Shown here piece after piece: positions 38,830-51,747 of a stretch of DNA of 64,000 bases. The stretch's first letter is position 1. Each line of letters opens with the position of its first letter. The translations under genes were made by a program, and so were the position numbers. The stretch is from Podarcis pityusensis. Taxonomy: Eukaryota. The DNA is taken from NCBI GenBank assembly GCA_964106645.2, contig OZ067042.1; one strand, 5' to 3'. The notes under the pieces were generated by a model. The model saw only the letters and a list, made by a program, of their open reading frames with translations. It had not been told where the DNA came from and did no database searches.

Positions 38830-41634
38830 TACCATGGAATGCAATCTTTAGATGTCAGATTTTTTTAAAATCAGACATCTCTGCCCCTCTACTTTTTCAG
38901 AGAAGTACCAGGACTCTGTAGGGCCAGGTTGTGCTTCATGTGGGTATGTGGAGAATATCTGCAAATATTCTACATTTAACTTTGATTTTAAGTATTGCTA
39001 AGTAAAGCTATGTCGGTGATGCCATAAAGTTATATTACTAGATTAAAGGGTTTTTTCCCACTTTTGCCAACCATAATTCAGAAAGGACTTTGCTTAAGTA
39101 AGATTTTAAAGTTAAGAATACATGCACCTTTGCTGATACAGGCTAGGAGTTCTAAAATTAGATATTGGTCATGATCAATGACTGGTGGTACATGCTGAGA
39201 TTGTACAAATAACTTCGGTTAGTAAATGGTAATGTGAGGTAATTGTATTTCTTCTCAGAAACAAATCTATGGCAATCCACTTCTGAACTCTTGGCACAGT
39301 ACAGCTAATTTCCTGTTAAAGCTTCTTATTGAATAGGTCAGTTCAGTTACTAAAATCAAACAACCTTTTCTTTTCCATTTGGAGCATTGCACAACACCCA
39401 TATTTTATTCAAAACCATCATAATTAAATACAAGATTGGTCAAATGCAGTTGCATTTTCTAGATGTGCCTGTTAACTTCCCCAGAGGCTTTTCTAGTAGC
39501 TGTTGTTCATAAATATGTTGTATGTTTTGAAATTAAGTAAAATATTCAGGATTTGTTTGGATTCCATGCCCTTCTGTTTTGTAAGTACTTGTAGGGTACT
39601 TCCCTATGAACATCTAACATTTTTTTAAAAAATAATATTTTTTAACATCATAGTTTTTCTGTTTTAAACACATTAAATTGCCTTCATTCCCAATATGAGA
39701 TTGTTCCTGAACTCTCAAACTTTTTAGGTAAGTCTGAACCTGTTATTTATTCTTAGTGAAATATAGTTAAAAATAAATTTCACAATACCATACTCAGCTT
39801 CTGTTTATCTCCAAGCTGTGAAGTTATGGACTGACAAGGTTATGTTGATTGAAGTTGGGACTGATATGCATAGCAGAAAAGAAATGTGTTGGATCAGCTG
39901 GTTAGTTTCCAGTGGTGTGGTGCTTTTTTTAAAGAATTCAGAATGTGGACAATGGAGGGCTGATCGAGAAGTTGTAAGGAACCAGAGATTTGCTCTGCCT
40001 CTTGATTGCAGACCTCACGGAAGACCTTGGGCTTTGTGTGTAGAAAGATTTCCCTTTTTATTATACTCCATGGGGAGATCTGTTTTGTTCAGTATTAAAC
40101 CATCTATGCTACAGAAGATGAACATTTTTGTTCACCCTAGTCATATCTTGTGATATTGTTAATTTTGCTAGTTTTATTATTATTTTTACTGTTCTGCTCA
40201 TTTCCCACTTCTCTTAGTACAAACCTAGTTGTTGGTAGAAAAACTTGCCTAGAATTCCAGTTTTTAAAATAAATGTGCATGTGTGTTGCAGATTATAGTA
40301 AGTAGCAGCTGATTGCCTCGGGGTCAACAGGCAGGTGGGGAGCAAATTCACAAAGTGAATGTTCCTCTGACATTAAGATACATTAGGGGAAATCAAAAAT
40401 CTGTACATAATAGGTAGCTTTTTTCATAGTTGCAGAAGCATCCATGCAAGTGAGTTTGCTCCATTGTACACTGATAAAGTATTTGACTGCACTTTATGGT
40501 ACATGGGTATGTAGTATTAAATACTTCAGATTTTAATCAGATATACTCAAAGCATTCTTTACTGACATTATTATAGGTTTATAATCATTCTGCATTTAAA
40601 CATATTTATTTTGACCCAATTAAAAATAAAGGATGAGTTGATTGATGGAATACGGTTGAATGCTGTAGCTTGACAAACATATACAGTTAAGCTTTGGCAG
40701 AACTGTCTACACATAATTTATAATGTTGTATCAGTTGTAGAATTAAGTATATAATTTGCTATTAAAGCAATTTCTTTTTCTAATAATTATTTACCACTTG
40801 ACTTGAGTAGTGACATGCTTATTTTGCAATCTGGTTCACTTTTAAATTCAGTTTACTAACCTTAAAAGATTAATGAAATTCCTATCAGATATATTCTTAT
40901 GGATGGTATGTGTGTTAAGCCTTTAGAAGAGCATTAATTAAAAACCTGTTGGTAATTCATTCCCATTATTGTCATTTTGCCGAGTCTTAAGCTTTCAGGT
41001 ATTACATGCAATAGTTAGGCTTTCATTGCAAATGTCTCAGTACTGATTCTCACAATGGTCGCTTATCTTTAATATTCAACTCCCCACCCAATTAATGCAG
41101 TATATATACTTGTATGCACATGCAGAATAAATTAATATTGTGAGTTTTTTGCAGCTCTTCACACGTAACTTCAGCTCCAGCTAAATATTTTACTCCTTGT
41201 TTGTGAAATTTTAGGGGGTTCATCCACTTAATGAAGAATTTGATTTTCAATGGTTCATCAGTACTTAAAATTGGTATGAGTGAGATCATAAGAAACCGTT
41301 TGGCATATTTAGGGCAAGTCATAGCTTTAGTATGTGGAGCACATAAAAATACAGACTCTCTGTATTGGCAACTGACTGCAAAGGTTCAGAACATACTGGA
41401 CATACATATAGTAAAGCTTTATGCTTCAAATGATTTGTGCCTTAGTATGATCCGTTTCTTAGTACAATTGATACATATTCAGGAAAAAATACATTTATTG
41501 GACTGGAAATTCTTACTACAACTTTTTGATCATGATCATTTTATACTCCAGATGTTTGTTTTATACTTTTTGTTTTCTGTTGAAATTATTGATGATATAT
41601 CTACAAATTTGTACTAATTTGAAATTGTTTATGC

Positions 41635-41640
41635 AATAAA
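41635..41640 (+). terminator. Candidate intronic polyadenylation signal for the read-through isoform
   Basis: AATAAA with upstream TGTA (41610-41613) and downstream GGTTTTGTTTT; other AATAAA occur at 38151, 39772, 40268, 40625, 41126. Confidence 0.4.
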
Positions 41641-44600
41641 ATGAGGAAGTCTTTGATATGAATGATAAATTTTACCTTTCATTAATGGTTTTGTTTTTAA
41701 AAAAGGCTTACTATTTTATTTTGTAAGGCTGACTTACTTTAGAAGTGTAGTAGCTCTTTATAATGCAACAATTTATTCTGGAATACAAAAGCAAATTTAT
41801 CTTGAACCATTTTTACTCTGTTCTTTCTTTAAAAGAAGCTGGCCATGATCATAAGTTGTTGTTTTAGTCTTACATATTCTATGAAAATCTATAGTATAAA
41901 TTATATACACAAACACAAGTAAAAATCTACTTAGCTTATTTCAGGCAGATTAGTCCGAGAAGCTCACCAACATTTAACTTACGGGATAGGCCACGAAATA
42001 TCTAAGTAGCCTATGCAGATTAAGGAGTTCTACATACCCAGATATTTTATGGTCTCTCTTGTTTAAAACTACTCTTTCATTATCCATACTTGATTAGCAT
42101 TTTTGTTTGAAAATATTGCTTTAATTTGCACAGTGAACTACATACAGCTGGACCCCTTACGTACAAGAAACCACCTGGGATTTGGGATCAAAAATCCTCA
42201 AAACTTGCTATAAAAAAGTATTTCTTCAACAATTTTGACATTTTCATATCTTTCTCATTTCTTTGTTTTACAACGCAGGCTGTAACACTTTAGTACTATT
42301 CTACAGACAGAAAGTTCCTACCACACACATTCAAGTGCCCTGTGTCCCGCTATTTAGTACTTGATAGTCAAGCACTGTTGGCACTCGGTTGTGAGCTCAG
42401 CACATTCCCAGTTGGCTGAAATTTTGACACCAGTATTAACATTTCCCTCTTTCCTAGCAATATTGATATCTTCAAATAGCCAGTCAATTTTTCCTCTGTG
42501 CTGGTGTCACTGAGGGCAGATTACAATAATTCATAATACGGGTAATGCCTACTTGTAGGGGTTGGGGCACCTGCTTTCCTCCAGAAATTGTTGGAGTTAG
42601 AGCTCCCATCATGGCCAATGACCAAGGTTGATGGAAATTTTATTCCCACAACATCCGGAGGGCCACGAGTTCCCCACCACTGGTTATTCGGAGGCACTGG
42701 CCCTCAGTTTGAATTAGCATTGTTTTCCATCAGTGATTCCCAAGCCAAATATAGCTACCAGTTTTGTAGTTGAAGAGGATCATTTTTCTAACAGTTCAAA
42801 TTTAAGTAAAATGCATCCTGATGTAGGAAACAGTATATTGACACAGTGGTAGAACTTCTTATTTAAATAGTGCTTACTATACTACCTGGAAATATGATTC
42901 CTCAGAAGGTTAATCCTTAGGAGTAAAGCTGATGCACTGGATGCAACTGTACTGTAATGGCAATCGTATTATCAAGAGCCCTTTTATTTTCAGACACAGA
43001 ATGTAAAAGAGGTTCATCATATTTTGGGAAAGGAAATACACCCTACCTTCTCATTATAATCTTAAGTTCCATTTTAAAATGCTATTTGGGAGTGTTAATA
43101 ACCTCTTTGAGAGTATGTGTGCTTTTGGTATCGTGCTATGGAACCATACAGAGAATTGTGTTCTGTAAATATGAATGCACAGAACCAGTTCTTTAACTAT
43201 CATTGCAGGTAAGTAAAATATGCATCTTAGAACACATGGCATGGGTAAAAATGCTATTTCAGTTTACTAGTGTGCAAACACTTCATGAGCATATACTGCT
43301 TAGGGGTGAGAGCAGAAGATGTTACAATTCCTCTTTTTTCTTTTTTTCTTTTTTGCTAAAGACAGCAAGATCTGGGAGTTTCCTTACTTGGTATCTGTGT
43401 TGCACTTGCAGATATGCTATTTACTTTTGTCTCTGTGCAACCATGAATTCCTTCTTTTGTACTTGTCTATACCTGTAGCAGTTATAGAAAAGGAAGACAT
43501 GAGGCAAAGAATGAATTGCTTTTCTTTAAAGGCCTCAGCCTCTTATAGGAAGGGGCTACGGCATCAAGGTTTATTTACAGCTTGAAGTAGTAAATTCTGT
43601 TCTTACAATAGGGTCATGGAGAGGAGGAATAATGGCAATGAGTCTTTTTCAATGGGGTATTCTGTTTTAGAGGGGTTATAGAATCCTATTTTGATTACTC
43701 ATGTCAAAAGGTTGAACAGCTTGTAGAAAATAGATTTCTGTTCAAAATAGTGCAAGAAACATGTCCTAAAAATCAGACTCTTCGGATATTCAGGAGACAT
43801 TTTTTCATATCTGCAATTTTTTGGGGTTTTTTTAATGGTATTAAACCGTGTGTGGGATTGGAATGCTAGCCTGTTGTATTTTTTGAGAAGCTGTCACATT
43901 TCTTTTTGAAAGAAGATATTGTATATATACAATAGACAGCTACCCAACCCTCAGTTTTCAGAGGCAAGTAAAGACTGGGTGCATCATTTATGGAGCCATG
44001 GTGTAAGCACATTGGGGACTTGCTCGGTTTTCAGAAGTCGTTTTGAATAAATCACAAATCTACTTTTGCTAAGTTGTGCACTCTTTGAAGGTTCTAGCCT
44101 TCATTCATTCACATAAGTAGGATCAGGTCTGAAACTATTGTGAAATCTTATCCATAGTGTCTGCTGCCATTTTATTTCATGCATACTAATATCAGCTAAG
44201 TGTATAGCGTCTTTTTAAAAACAAAGCCTGGCTTACTGTAACTTGTAATGTGTTTATACAACTTGTCAATGCATCAGTGTCCAACAGAAAGGCTGATGGC
44301 TACAAACCTTTTGTAGAAGTCATACTTTTAATATACATAAATAAGAGTTTGAGGAGTTTAACATCTGATTGCTGTAGAATGAGGGGTGGGGGTGGAAGTA
44401 CAAATGGATTTTTATGCATTATTGTGACCTGTACTAATGTATGTATTAATAAATGTAGAATGTAAATTGTCTGCAGTACTACTGAAACTCACCTGCTTTC
44501 AAGAAAATCAGTTTACTTAGCAGTAGTTTGACTTCTAATTTTTCAAATTAGGAAATGCTTGTTGGATGTAGATTTTCAAAAGACACGACACTTGAGGACA

Positions 44601-45485
44601 CCTCCCCCCCTTTAACTGCTGTTAAATTGAAGGTGTTGTGCATTGCATTAGCTTATCTACCGCTTTAGTCCCACTTCTGTGACATGATTTGCATTCATCT
44701 AAAATTAAACAAACCTGCAGCTGAAAAACTACATAAAACTACTGCTTCAAAGCGCAAACCTCTCTGGAAACACAGAAGTTGGATTCAGTGGCAAAGGAAG
44801 TGCAGTTTTACACATGGTCAGACAGGCTCATCTACAGGCACACACAAAAGGCACCACTAATTATAAGGCAAAAGACTTGCTTCTAAAGTTCCTTATGTGC
44901 TTTTCATATCCACAACTTTCACTCACACTCTAAACACACATTTCCCCTCTTTGTGAAATGATACTATCAAAAGTAGATGCAGCATCCCTTCTAAATAACC
45001 AGTCAGTTGTCAGGCAGGCTCCAAAATTGTCTGTTGACTCCCATGTATAATGGAAGGCCTTTTAATAGTCACTGACTATAAAAATCATGCTGATTTGCAT
45101 TGTTTCAAAACCACTCCCATCTTTAATCTCACCCCACCCCACTCCCATGATTCTCTTCAATTCTTTTGCTTCCTGCAGAAGATGAGAGGTGGGGCAAAAG
45201 CAGTTCATCTTTAGAAAAGAAAATAAAATAAAAAAAAGAAAAGAAAAGCTGTAGCAGTATTCCTTTATCATATACCTGTTAAAATGCAATGCTGCTAATG
45301 CGCAATGTGAGACACTGGCAGAGCTTTCTTTACTTAGTGTGTTTTAAGGAAAGATTTCACCCCCACTGTTGTTTCTACAATTGTGGTCATAATGTACTGG
45401 ATGCCATCTGCTCACAATCTCATACACACATTGAAAAGGATATTAGCCTTGAAACTGAGCAGCATTTTCAAATAGAGTTTTTTTA

Positions 45486-45533
45486 AGAGAGAGAGAGAGA
45501 GAGAGAGAAAGAAAGAAAAAGAAAGAAAGAAAG
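45486..45533. repeat. (GA)n/(GAAA)n purine microsatellite
   Basis: Direct read. Confidence 0.95.
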
Positions 45534-47510
45534 ACATTAAAGAGGAGCGGTTTCTGTTGGAAAGGAAATGAAATACTAAAGACTCTGGGGGAAGTCCAAG
45601 CTGCTTCTTGCTTGTATTTGACTTGTACGTTCAAGCAGATTTCCCGTAAACTGCTTTCCCAGCAAGGAACAAATGCCAACAAATACGCTGGATCTTACAG
45701 ATACGATACTAAAAGTCAGGAGGAGGAGGAGCAGGGTACTGCATGAGCTGATACAATACACAGTAGACTGGCCAAAGAATGTTAATAGTTAACTTCCCTG
45801 ATACTCTGAATCTCTTCCAGGTGACCTAAGTGTAACACTGTTTAGCTTCCTGAGTTAACCAGTGGGAATGCATGCACTTAAACTTCCTCTCCTTTTCGTA
45901 ATGCCTCCCCTTTCTTTTGGCATTCATTGCTTTTAAAAGGCTTTGCTTCCTGAGTCAAACGAGAGAGCAGTCGGTTCCTTTCAGTAGTGTAGCACTGTAG
46001 CAGAAGCCTTGCAGCTGGCTGCCCTCCAATTTCTTAATCCCGCTTCAAATAAGTGTTGAAAAGTATTACGTGCCTGTTTATTACTGGGCCTTAATATCGC
46101 TTTGAGTGGATACTTTGGGACAGTTCAGTGAAGCTTTTTTTTTGCTGTTTACAGTGGAATCATGAATAAATGTTGGCCAGAGCACAAAGCTTCATGCTGT
46201 CTTTCTGAGGCTGCACAGAATGGAATTTGGAGTGGGAGTGGCAGACATATCTGGGGCAGCACTTACTGGTGTCAGCGTAGGAGCCCTCTCTGGCATTACC
46301 CTGTCCAAAACAGTTTTAGCATTGGAATAATAATGATAATATATATTAATTATAACATGGAAAATGTCAGCCATAATTCAAATGCAAGAAACTTTCATAA
46401 TGCATAAGTAGAGAAGCTGTTTTGCTTTGAAAGTGAGGGACAATGGGATGAACAGCCTAATTTCAACGTTTTGTGCTCTAGGTAGCAAATTGCAATGCTA
46501 GGGCTCCATAATGCTTAACATTGCAATTCGGATCTGCGCCATTTAGTTCCCATTTCTTGCAAAGCTCCTGTGCTGGACTAGATGGGCCTTCAGCCTGATC
46601 CAGCCTGATTTTCTTACATGATACTGATCATGGAATTTGCTTGCATTAAAACTCAGATACCTTCTCTGTAGAGAACAGCATTTTGTGAAATAGCTTGCTT
46701 GCTCTAAAGAAAAGCTGCAAGAAATGGAAAATTTACTCTAGCTTGGTAATTGTCACAATGCTAAAACATTGTTTTGATAAGCTTCTTTTTCATTCCTTGC
46801 TACATAACAATTACGTTGTGCCGCGGCTGTCCAGACACACCCTCAAACATTACTTGACAAATGAAATAACTTATCTCCACCCAGTTAGTGATGCAACGTG
46901 GTTTAAAGACTGTAGAGGAAGCTGTATTTAGTATGGGCAGTTATTTAAAAGCTGCTATGTGGTTACAAAGTCAGGAAGGGCATGCAATCTGCATTCTCCC
47001 TATTTCTAGTTTCATATTTCCTATCCATACATACACAGTTTCTGAAATCAAATGTATGCTGAAAACATGGAGCTTTCCCATTTTTGTTCTCCTGCTTTCC
47101 ATTCCCTGTTTTTCAGGGCCATTGTGTCTCTTGTGATCTATTTGCAGAAAGTAGTAAGAACTCTAACTCTCCAAGAGGAATATGTTGAAGCAGCATATTG
47201 TGGTCTTGATCTGTTTAGCCATAGCAGAAGAAATGGGGTTGTTGGTGTTGTTGTAGGTTGCTTTTGTTCAAAAGTCTAAATTCTTAGCTAATTCCAGTTT
47301 GACCTCCAGGAAATTGTACCTAACATTTTCAAAGACTGCTTTAAAATATTTGTGGCCTCATTTTTTAAAAAAATTTTTAAGCAAACCAGGGGAGACAACT
47401 ACTTGCAAGTGTTATGTCGATTTGGTGATGTGCCTGGTGGTATTTTGTTGAAGCAAAACCAATTCTTAACCTCTTTCTCCTCCCCACTTCCTTCCTAATG
47501 TGATACTTAG

Positions 47511-47674
47511 GTCCTCAGCTGTCTTCCTTTGTAATGAAGAGTCCAATGACTCTGAACCCGTCGTTTCATGTGAATATGAACACACCTGGCCAGGGCTCAT
47601 CTCCTCTTTTGAGTCCTGTCCTGAGCGATGTTGGTGGTGCCAGGATAGAAGAAGAGGATGAGGCAAGGCGTAAG
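47511..47674 (+). CDS. FARP2: FARP2 exon 14 (linker before DH)
   Basis: (G)PQLSSFVMKSPMTLNPSF..QGSSPLLSPVLSDVGGARIEEEDEARRK; cttag| and |gtaagg; phase 1-0. Confidence 0.94.
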
Positions 47675-49289
47675 GTAAGGCAAAGACAAGGAGGGTGATT
47701 TGTGTTTGTTTGTTTCATGAGCCTCTGCTTCAATTTCTGATTTCTTTGTTGGGGCTTATTCACATTTACCTTTCCTCTACTCTTTCCACACACAGTCCAT
47801 GGTTTAAACTTCTGTGTCCGAGTTGCCCCCCTCCCCCCCTTTTGTTTTTGCTCTACAGCTTTCCCTGCAAAAACCCACTCTTTAAATTTCAATCAGAGGA
47901 AACACAATCCACAGAAAACTTTGAAGAGCAGCTTTTCACAGGGAAAGCTTGGGGCAAAACAAAACAAAATAAACCACTTGGACACAGAGCGTTAAAGTGC
48001 GGACCTCTGCATAGAAGGAGCATGGCAAAAGTTAAACGTACATAAGCCCTAAGATATTAGCAATGTGCAAATCTGCCAGTGCTATACTATCGTACTGACT
48101 TGTGTACTATTAAACTTCCCACACAATGGTTTTTCTTGACCTGTGTTAAAATAAATACACGACACTTTGCTACTATAAAACTGCTAGAAGGAACAATCCT
48201 TTTTTCCAGCTGTTTCAAAGTGAGATATGAATTAAATGCTTCTCTTTACCTCAAGAGCACCATTTTTGTCCTTTCTGTTTGTGGGGAATAGTTGTACTGT
48301 AAAACATTAGAGGCAGTTATAGAAAGTACATTAATTCCAACTCTCTGAGTGCTTTTCTGCAGTCTAATAATCCACTATTTCTTGTCAAAAACAGATCCTT
48401 CTCTTTAGCACATTTTTCAGGTGGGAATGAGCTGGTTTTGTTATTTAGCAAGCTCAGCTCAACCCATAGACAATTTATCTAATTTAACAACCGTATTGAT
48501 TACTGCTGGTGAATCATGCTGGTGAATCAATCTTGGTGAACGTGAAATTAACTAGAACGAAAGGCAAAACCCTTATTTTGCACGTCTAAGCAGGAGTGAA
48601 ATTAACCATACAATTAGGAGTTCTGTCTTCCCACTGCAAAAATAATGAAATTTTTGCAACTTTGTATCTTACACTTAGAAGAATTTGGGAAAGTTTGGGG
48701 TTGGGCATTTTTGTGTTTGGCGTATGTTCCATAATCTTAATCTAGGACTTTTTCTATTGAAAATAATACAGTAAACCTCAAGGTTGTGGTTTGATGCCTT
48801 ATCTGAGGTTAGATGAGGTATATTAAAAAGCAAATTTGTGGCTTCCTGTACCCATGTTTCTGTTTCCATCAGGCTCAATGTGACAAAGAGGTTGAAGCTT
48901 TTCAATGCAGTGTATCTCTGTCCAGACACATACAGCCTAGAGGATCAGTGCTGTCATTGTTGTTTCAAGCGTTGTTGTTTCAAGTGTGTTTCAAGCAACT
49001 AACTCTAGATCAGGATCAGGGTGTGGCTTAATGAAACTCATATTCACATCTCGGGTTCAGGATTCCCACTGCCTCACCTGAAGAATACATTTGGTATAGC
49101 TGATTCAAATATTTCTTTAAAAAGCCACACACTTCAAAACCATTTAGAGCAGGAGGCTTTGGTTTTGGCCCTCCTTTTATAGTGGCACATCTGGATGGTC
49201 AAAGGAGTCTTATTATATAGCTCAACCAAGGTTTCTTAATAAGAAACATTTTCTGTTTCATTTATTTGGGATTTGCTTTTATCTTTCAG

Positions 49290-49379
49290 AGGTACCCAGC
49301 AGACAAAGCCTATTTCATTGCAAAAGAAATTCTTGCAACTGAACGAACTTATTTAAAAGACTTGGAAGTCCTTACTGTA
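49290..49379 (+). CDS. FARP2: FARP2 exon 15 (DH start)
   Basis: RYPADKAYFIAKEILATERTYLKDLEVLTV; tttcag| and |gtaagt. Confidence 0.97.
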
Positions 49380-49697
49380 GTAAGTGATTTAAACCCACTT
49401 TTCCCTAAAAAGAGTTGTTTTAATAGTTGTATGTGTAAATTGTGAATTGTGTATTATTGCAGTCCCTTAGCCTCAGGGTAAAATTGGTTATAAACTGGAA
49501 TTTCCCAGATGGAATATTTGCAAAACGTCTCTTGTGCATCTTGTTTAGAGTATGTGTCTGCTGCCAAAGGACTTGTTTGATATTGTTGAAATTTGTTTGC
49601 ATGTTGTTGTTTTTCTGGGTTCTTTGATACTTTTTACATTGCTGATACCAAGAACAGGAAGCCACACATCTGCTTCTTATTTATCTCTCCTCTACAG

Positions 49698-49831
49698 TGG
49701 TTCCGCAGTGCAGTTGTCAAGGAAAATGCCATGCCTGAAAGTCTCATGACCTTGCTGTTCTCAAACATAGACCCCATCTATGAATTTCACAGAGGTTTTC
49801 TGAAAGAACTTGAACAGCGGCTAGCACTATG
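49698..49831 (+). CDS. FARP2: FARP2 exon 16 (DH)
   Basis: WFRSAVVKENAMPESLMTLLFSNIDPIYEFHRGFLKELEQRLAL(W). Confidence 0.97.
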
Positions 49832-50222
49832 GTAAGTGTTAACAGCATTGTGAAGGCAAACACTTGAATCTGGTCAAAAAGAGTAGAAATATGGTTTCTT
49901 TGTTTTAAATTTTCAGGTCTGGCATGCCTGTTTTTGCAAAATACATATAAACTTCAGAGAGGTTTAGTTGATAGCATACAGTGTTAACCCTTTTCTTCTG
50001 TTTTTAAAATGATTATTTGATTATTGGGACTCCAATTTGAGCTACAAATTGAAACAGGAAACATGGTTAGTTTGCTGAGAAATGAATGGAAACAGTTTTG
50101 GAACTCTTTTATAGTTATTGTTAGTATGCTTTAGTTTCTAGAAAACAGTTCCTACTGGAAAATAATTGTAAGATTCAATTTCCCAAGAGCAGTAGCACAA
50201 TCTTCTCACACTCTCATTGCAG

Positions 50223-50304
50223 GGAGGGACGTTCCAACGCTCCCACGAAAGGAGATTATCAACGGATTGGTGATGTCTTGCTGAAAAATATGCGTATGCT
50301 AAAG
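50223..50304 (+). CDS. FARP2: FARP2 exon 17 (DH)
   Basis: EGRSNAPTKGDYQRIGDVLLKNMRMLK; ttgcag| and |gtaagg. Confidence 0.96.
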
Positions 50305-50732
50305 GTAAGGAAATAACTCCCAAGAATCTGTGTGTTCCTTCATGTTCAGTGGGCTGATTAATATATAACATTAAATCATTGTTTAGCAATGTGTACTCAA
50401 GGAAGGAGCCCAGGTGAAATTCTTCCATGCGCCTTCTAGCCTGCTGCTCCTGCATGACTGGACTGAGGTCTTCAGCAGTGTTGACTTCCATTTTCATAGA
50501 ATCCTGATTTGTTACCTATGAGCCAGATATTGTGGTTTAAAACAAATTCCAGTCTGTTTCAAAACAAGCTGCTTTCAAATTCTGGGTCATGAAAGTGTCT
50601 TGTTTGGGTAACAGAGTTTGCTTTAAACCACAAGATTTGGTTTGTGTGCAATGACAGCCCATGATTATGTGAAACTGAAAGTAAATGCTTCCAGAGCCTT
50701 TACTTATGGCCGCATCTTTTGTGATCCTACAG

Positions 50733-50970
50733 GAATATACCACCTACCTGAAGGAACATGATGAAGTCCTGTCAGAGTTAGAGAAAGCAACTAAGCGCAT
50801 AAAGAAACTGGAAATGGTTTATAAGGAGTTCGAACTCCAGAAGGTTTGTTACTTGCCACTCAACACTTTCCTGCTGAAACCCATCCAGAGGTTAATGCAC
50901 TACAAGCTGATCCTGGGGAGACTTTGCAAACACTACGTGCCAGATCATCGGGACTACACCGACTGCAGGA
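50733..50970 (+). CDS. FARP2: FARP2 exon 18 (DH)
   Basis: EYTTYLKEHDEVLSELEKA...CYLPLNTFLLKPIQRLMHY...DYTDCR+1; ctacag| and |gtgagt. Confidence 0.97.
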
Positions 50971-51079
50971 GTGAGTGAAAGATCAGACAAATATCTGCAA
51001 TGCCAATACTCAACACATTCTGTTTTCTCATTTTATGTTGCTGATTGACAGAAATTCAGTTGTCTTGGTAGAAACAGTA

Positions 51080-51330
51080 CAGTCGTAGCTTGGATCCTGA
51101 ATGCTTTGCGAGTCAAATGTTTTGGCTCCCAAATGCCACATACCTGGAAGTGAGTGTTCCCAGTTTGTGAACGTTCTTTGGAACCCAAACGTCTGATGTG
51201 ACTTCCGTGGGTTCTGATTGGCTGCAAGAGCTTCTTGCAGCCAATTGGAAGCTGCACCTTGGTATCCGAATGTTTTGGAAGTTGAATGGACTTCTGGAAT
51301 GGAGTCCATATGACTTCCAAGGTACCACTG
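51080..51330. mobile_element. Tc1/mariner (Tigger-like) MITE
   Basis: TIR CAGTCGTAGCTTGGA / TCCAAGGTACCACTG, TA flanks; internal palindrome ATTGGCTGCAAGA-gct-TCTTGCAGCCAAT. Confidence 0.8.
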
Positions 51331-51429
51331 TATTGCTACAAAACTAGTTCATCTGGTTTCAGTTATTTTTAACCTCTAGCCTATGTCAACCTTTCCCAGG
51401 CATATATGACAGTAGGTAAAGTCAAGTTC

Positions 51430-51669
51430 TTCTGCCAACCCAGCAGTTCAAAAGCACATCAAAGTGCAAGTAGATAAATAGGTACCTCTCCGGCAGGAAG
51501 GTAAACGGCGTTTTCATGTGCTGCTCTGGTTTGCCAGAAGCGTCTTAGTCATGCTGGCCACATGACCCAGAAGCTGTACACTGGCTCCCTCGGCCAGTAA
51601 AGCAAGATGAGCGCTACAACCCCAGAGTCGGCCACGACTGGACCTAATGGTCAGGGGTCCCTTTACCTT
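51430..51669 (+). mobile_element. 5'-truncated Sauria SINE
   Basis: Reverse complement of the 16623 element's 3' part; ACCTTT tail; 13-bp TSD TAAAGTCAAGTTC at 51417-51429 and 51670-51682. Confidence 0.92.
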
Positions 51670-51747
51670 TAAAGTCAAGTTCAAGCCATGACTTGAAACT
51701 TCTTTTGCATCCTAGCTTGAATTTAGGCTGTGGGTCTAAAGGAAGTG

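Noticed and set aside
45459-45746. Stop-free + frame ending ..KSQEEEEQG at a phase-1 GT
   Set aside because: No in-frame ATG or convincing acceptor, partly microsatellite, and a weak donor; not called as an exon.
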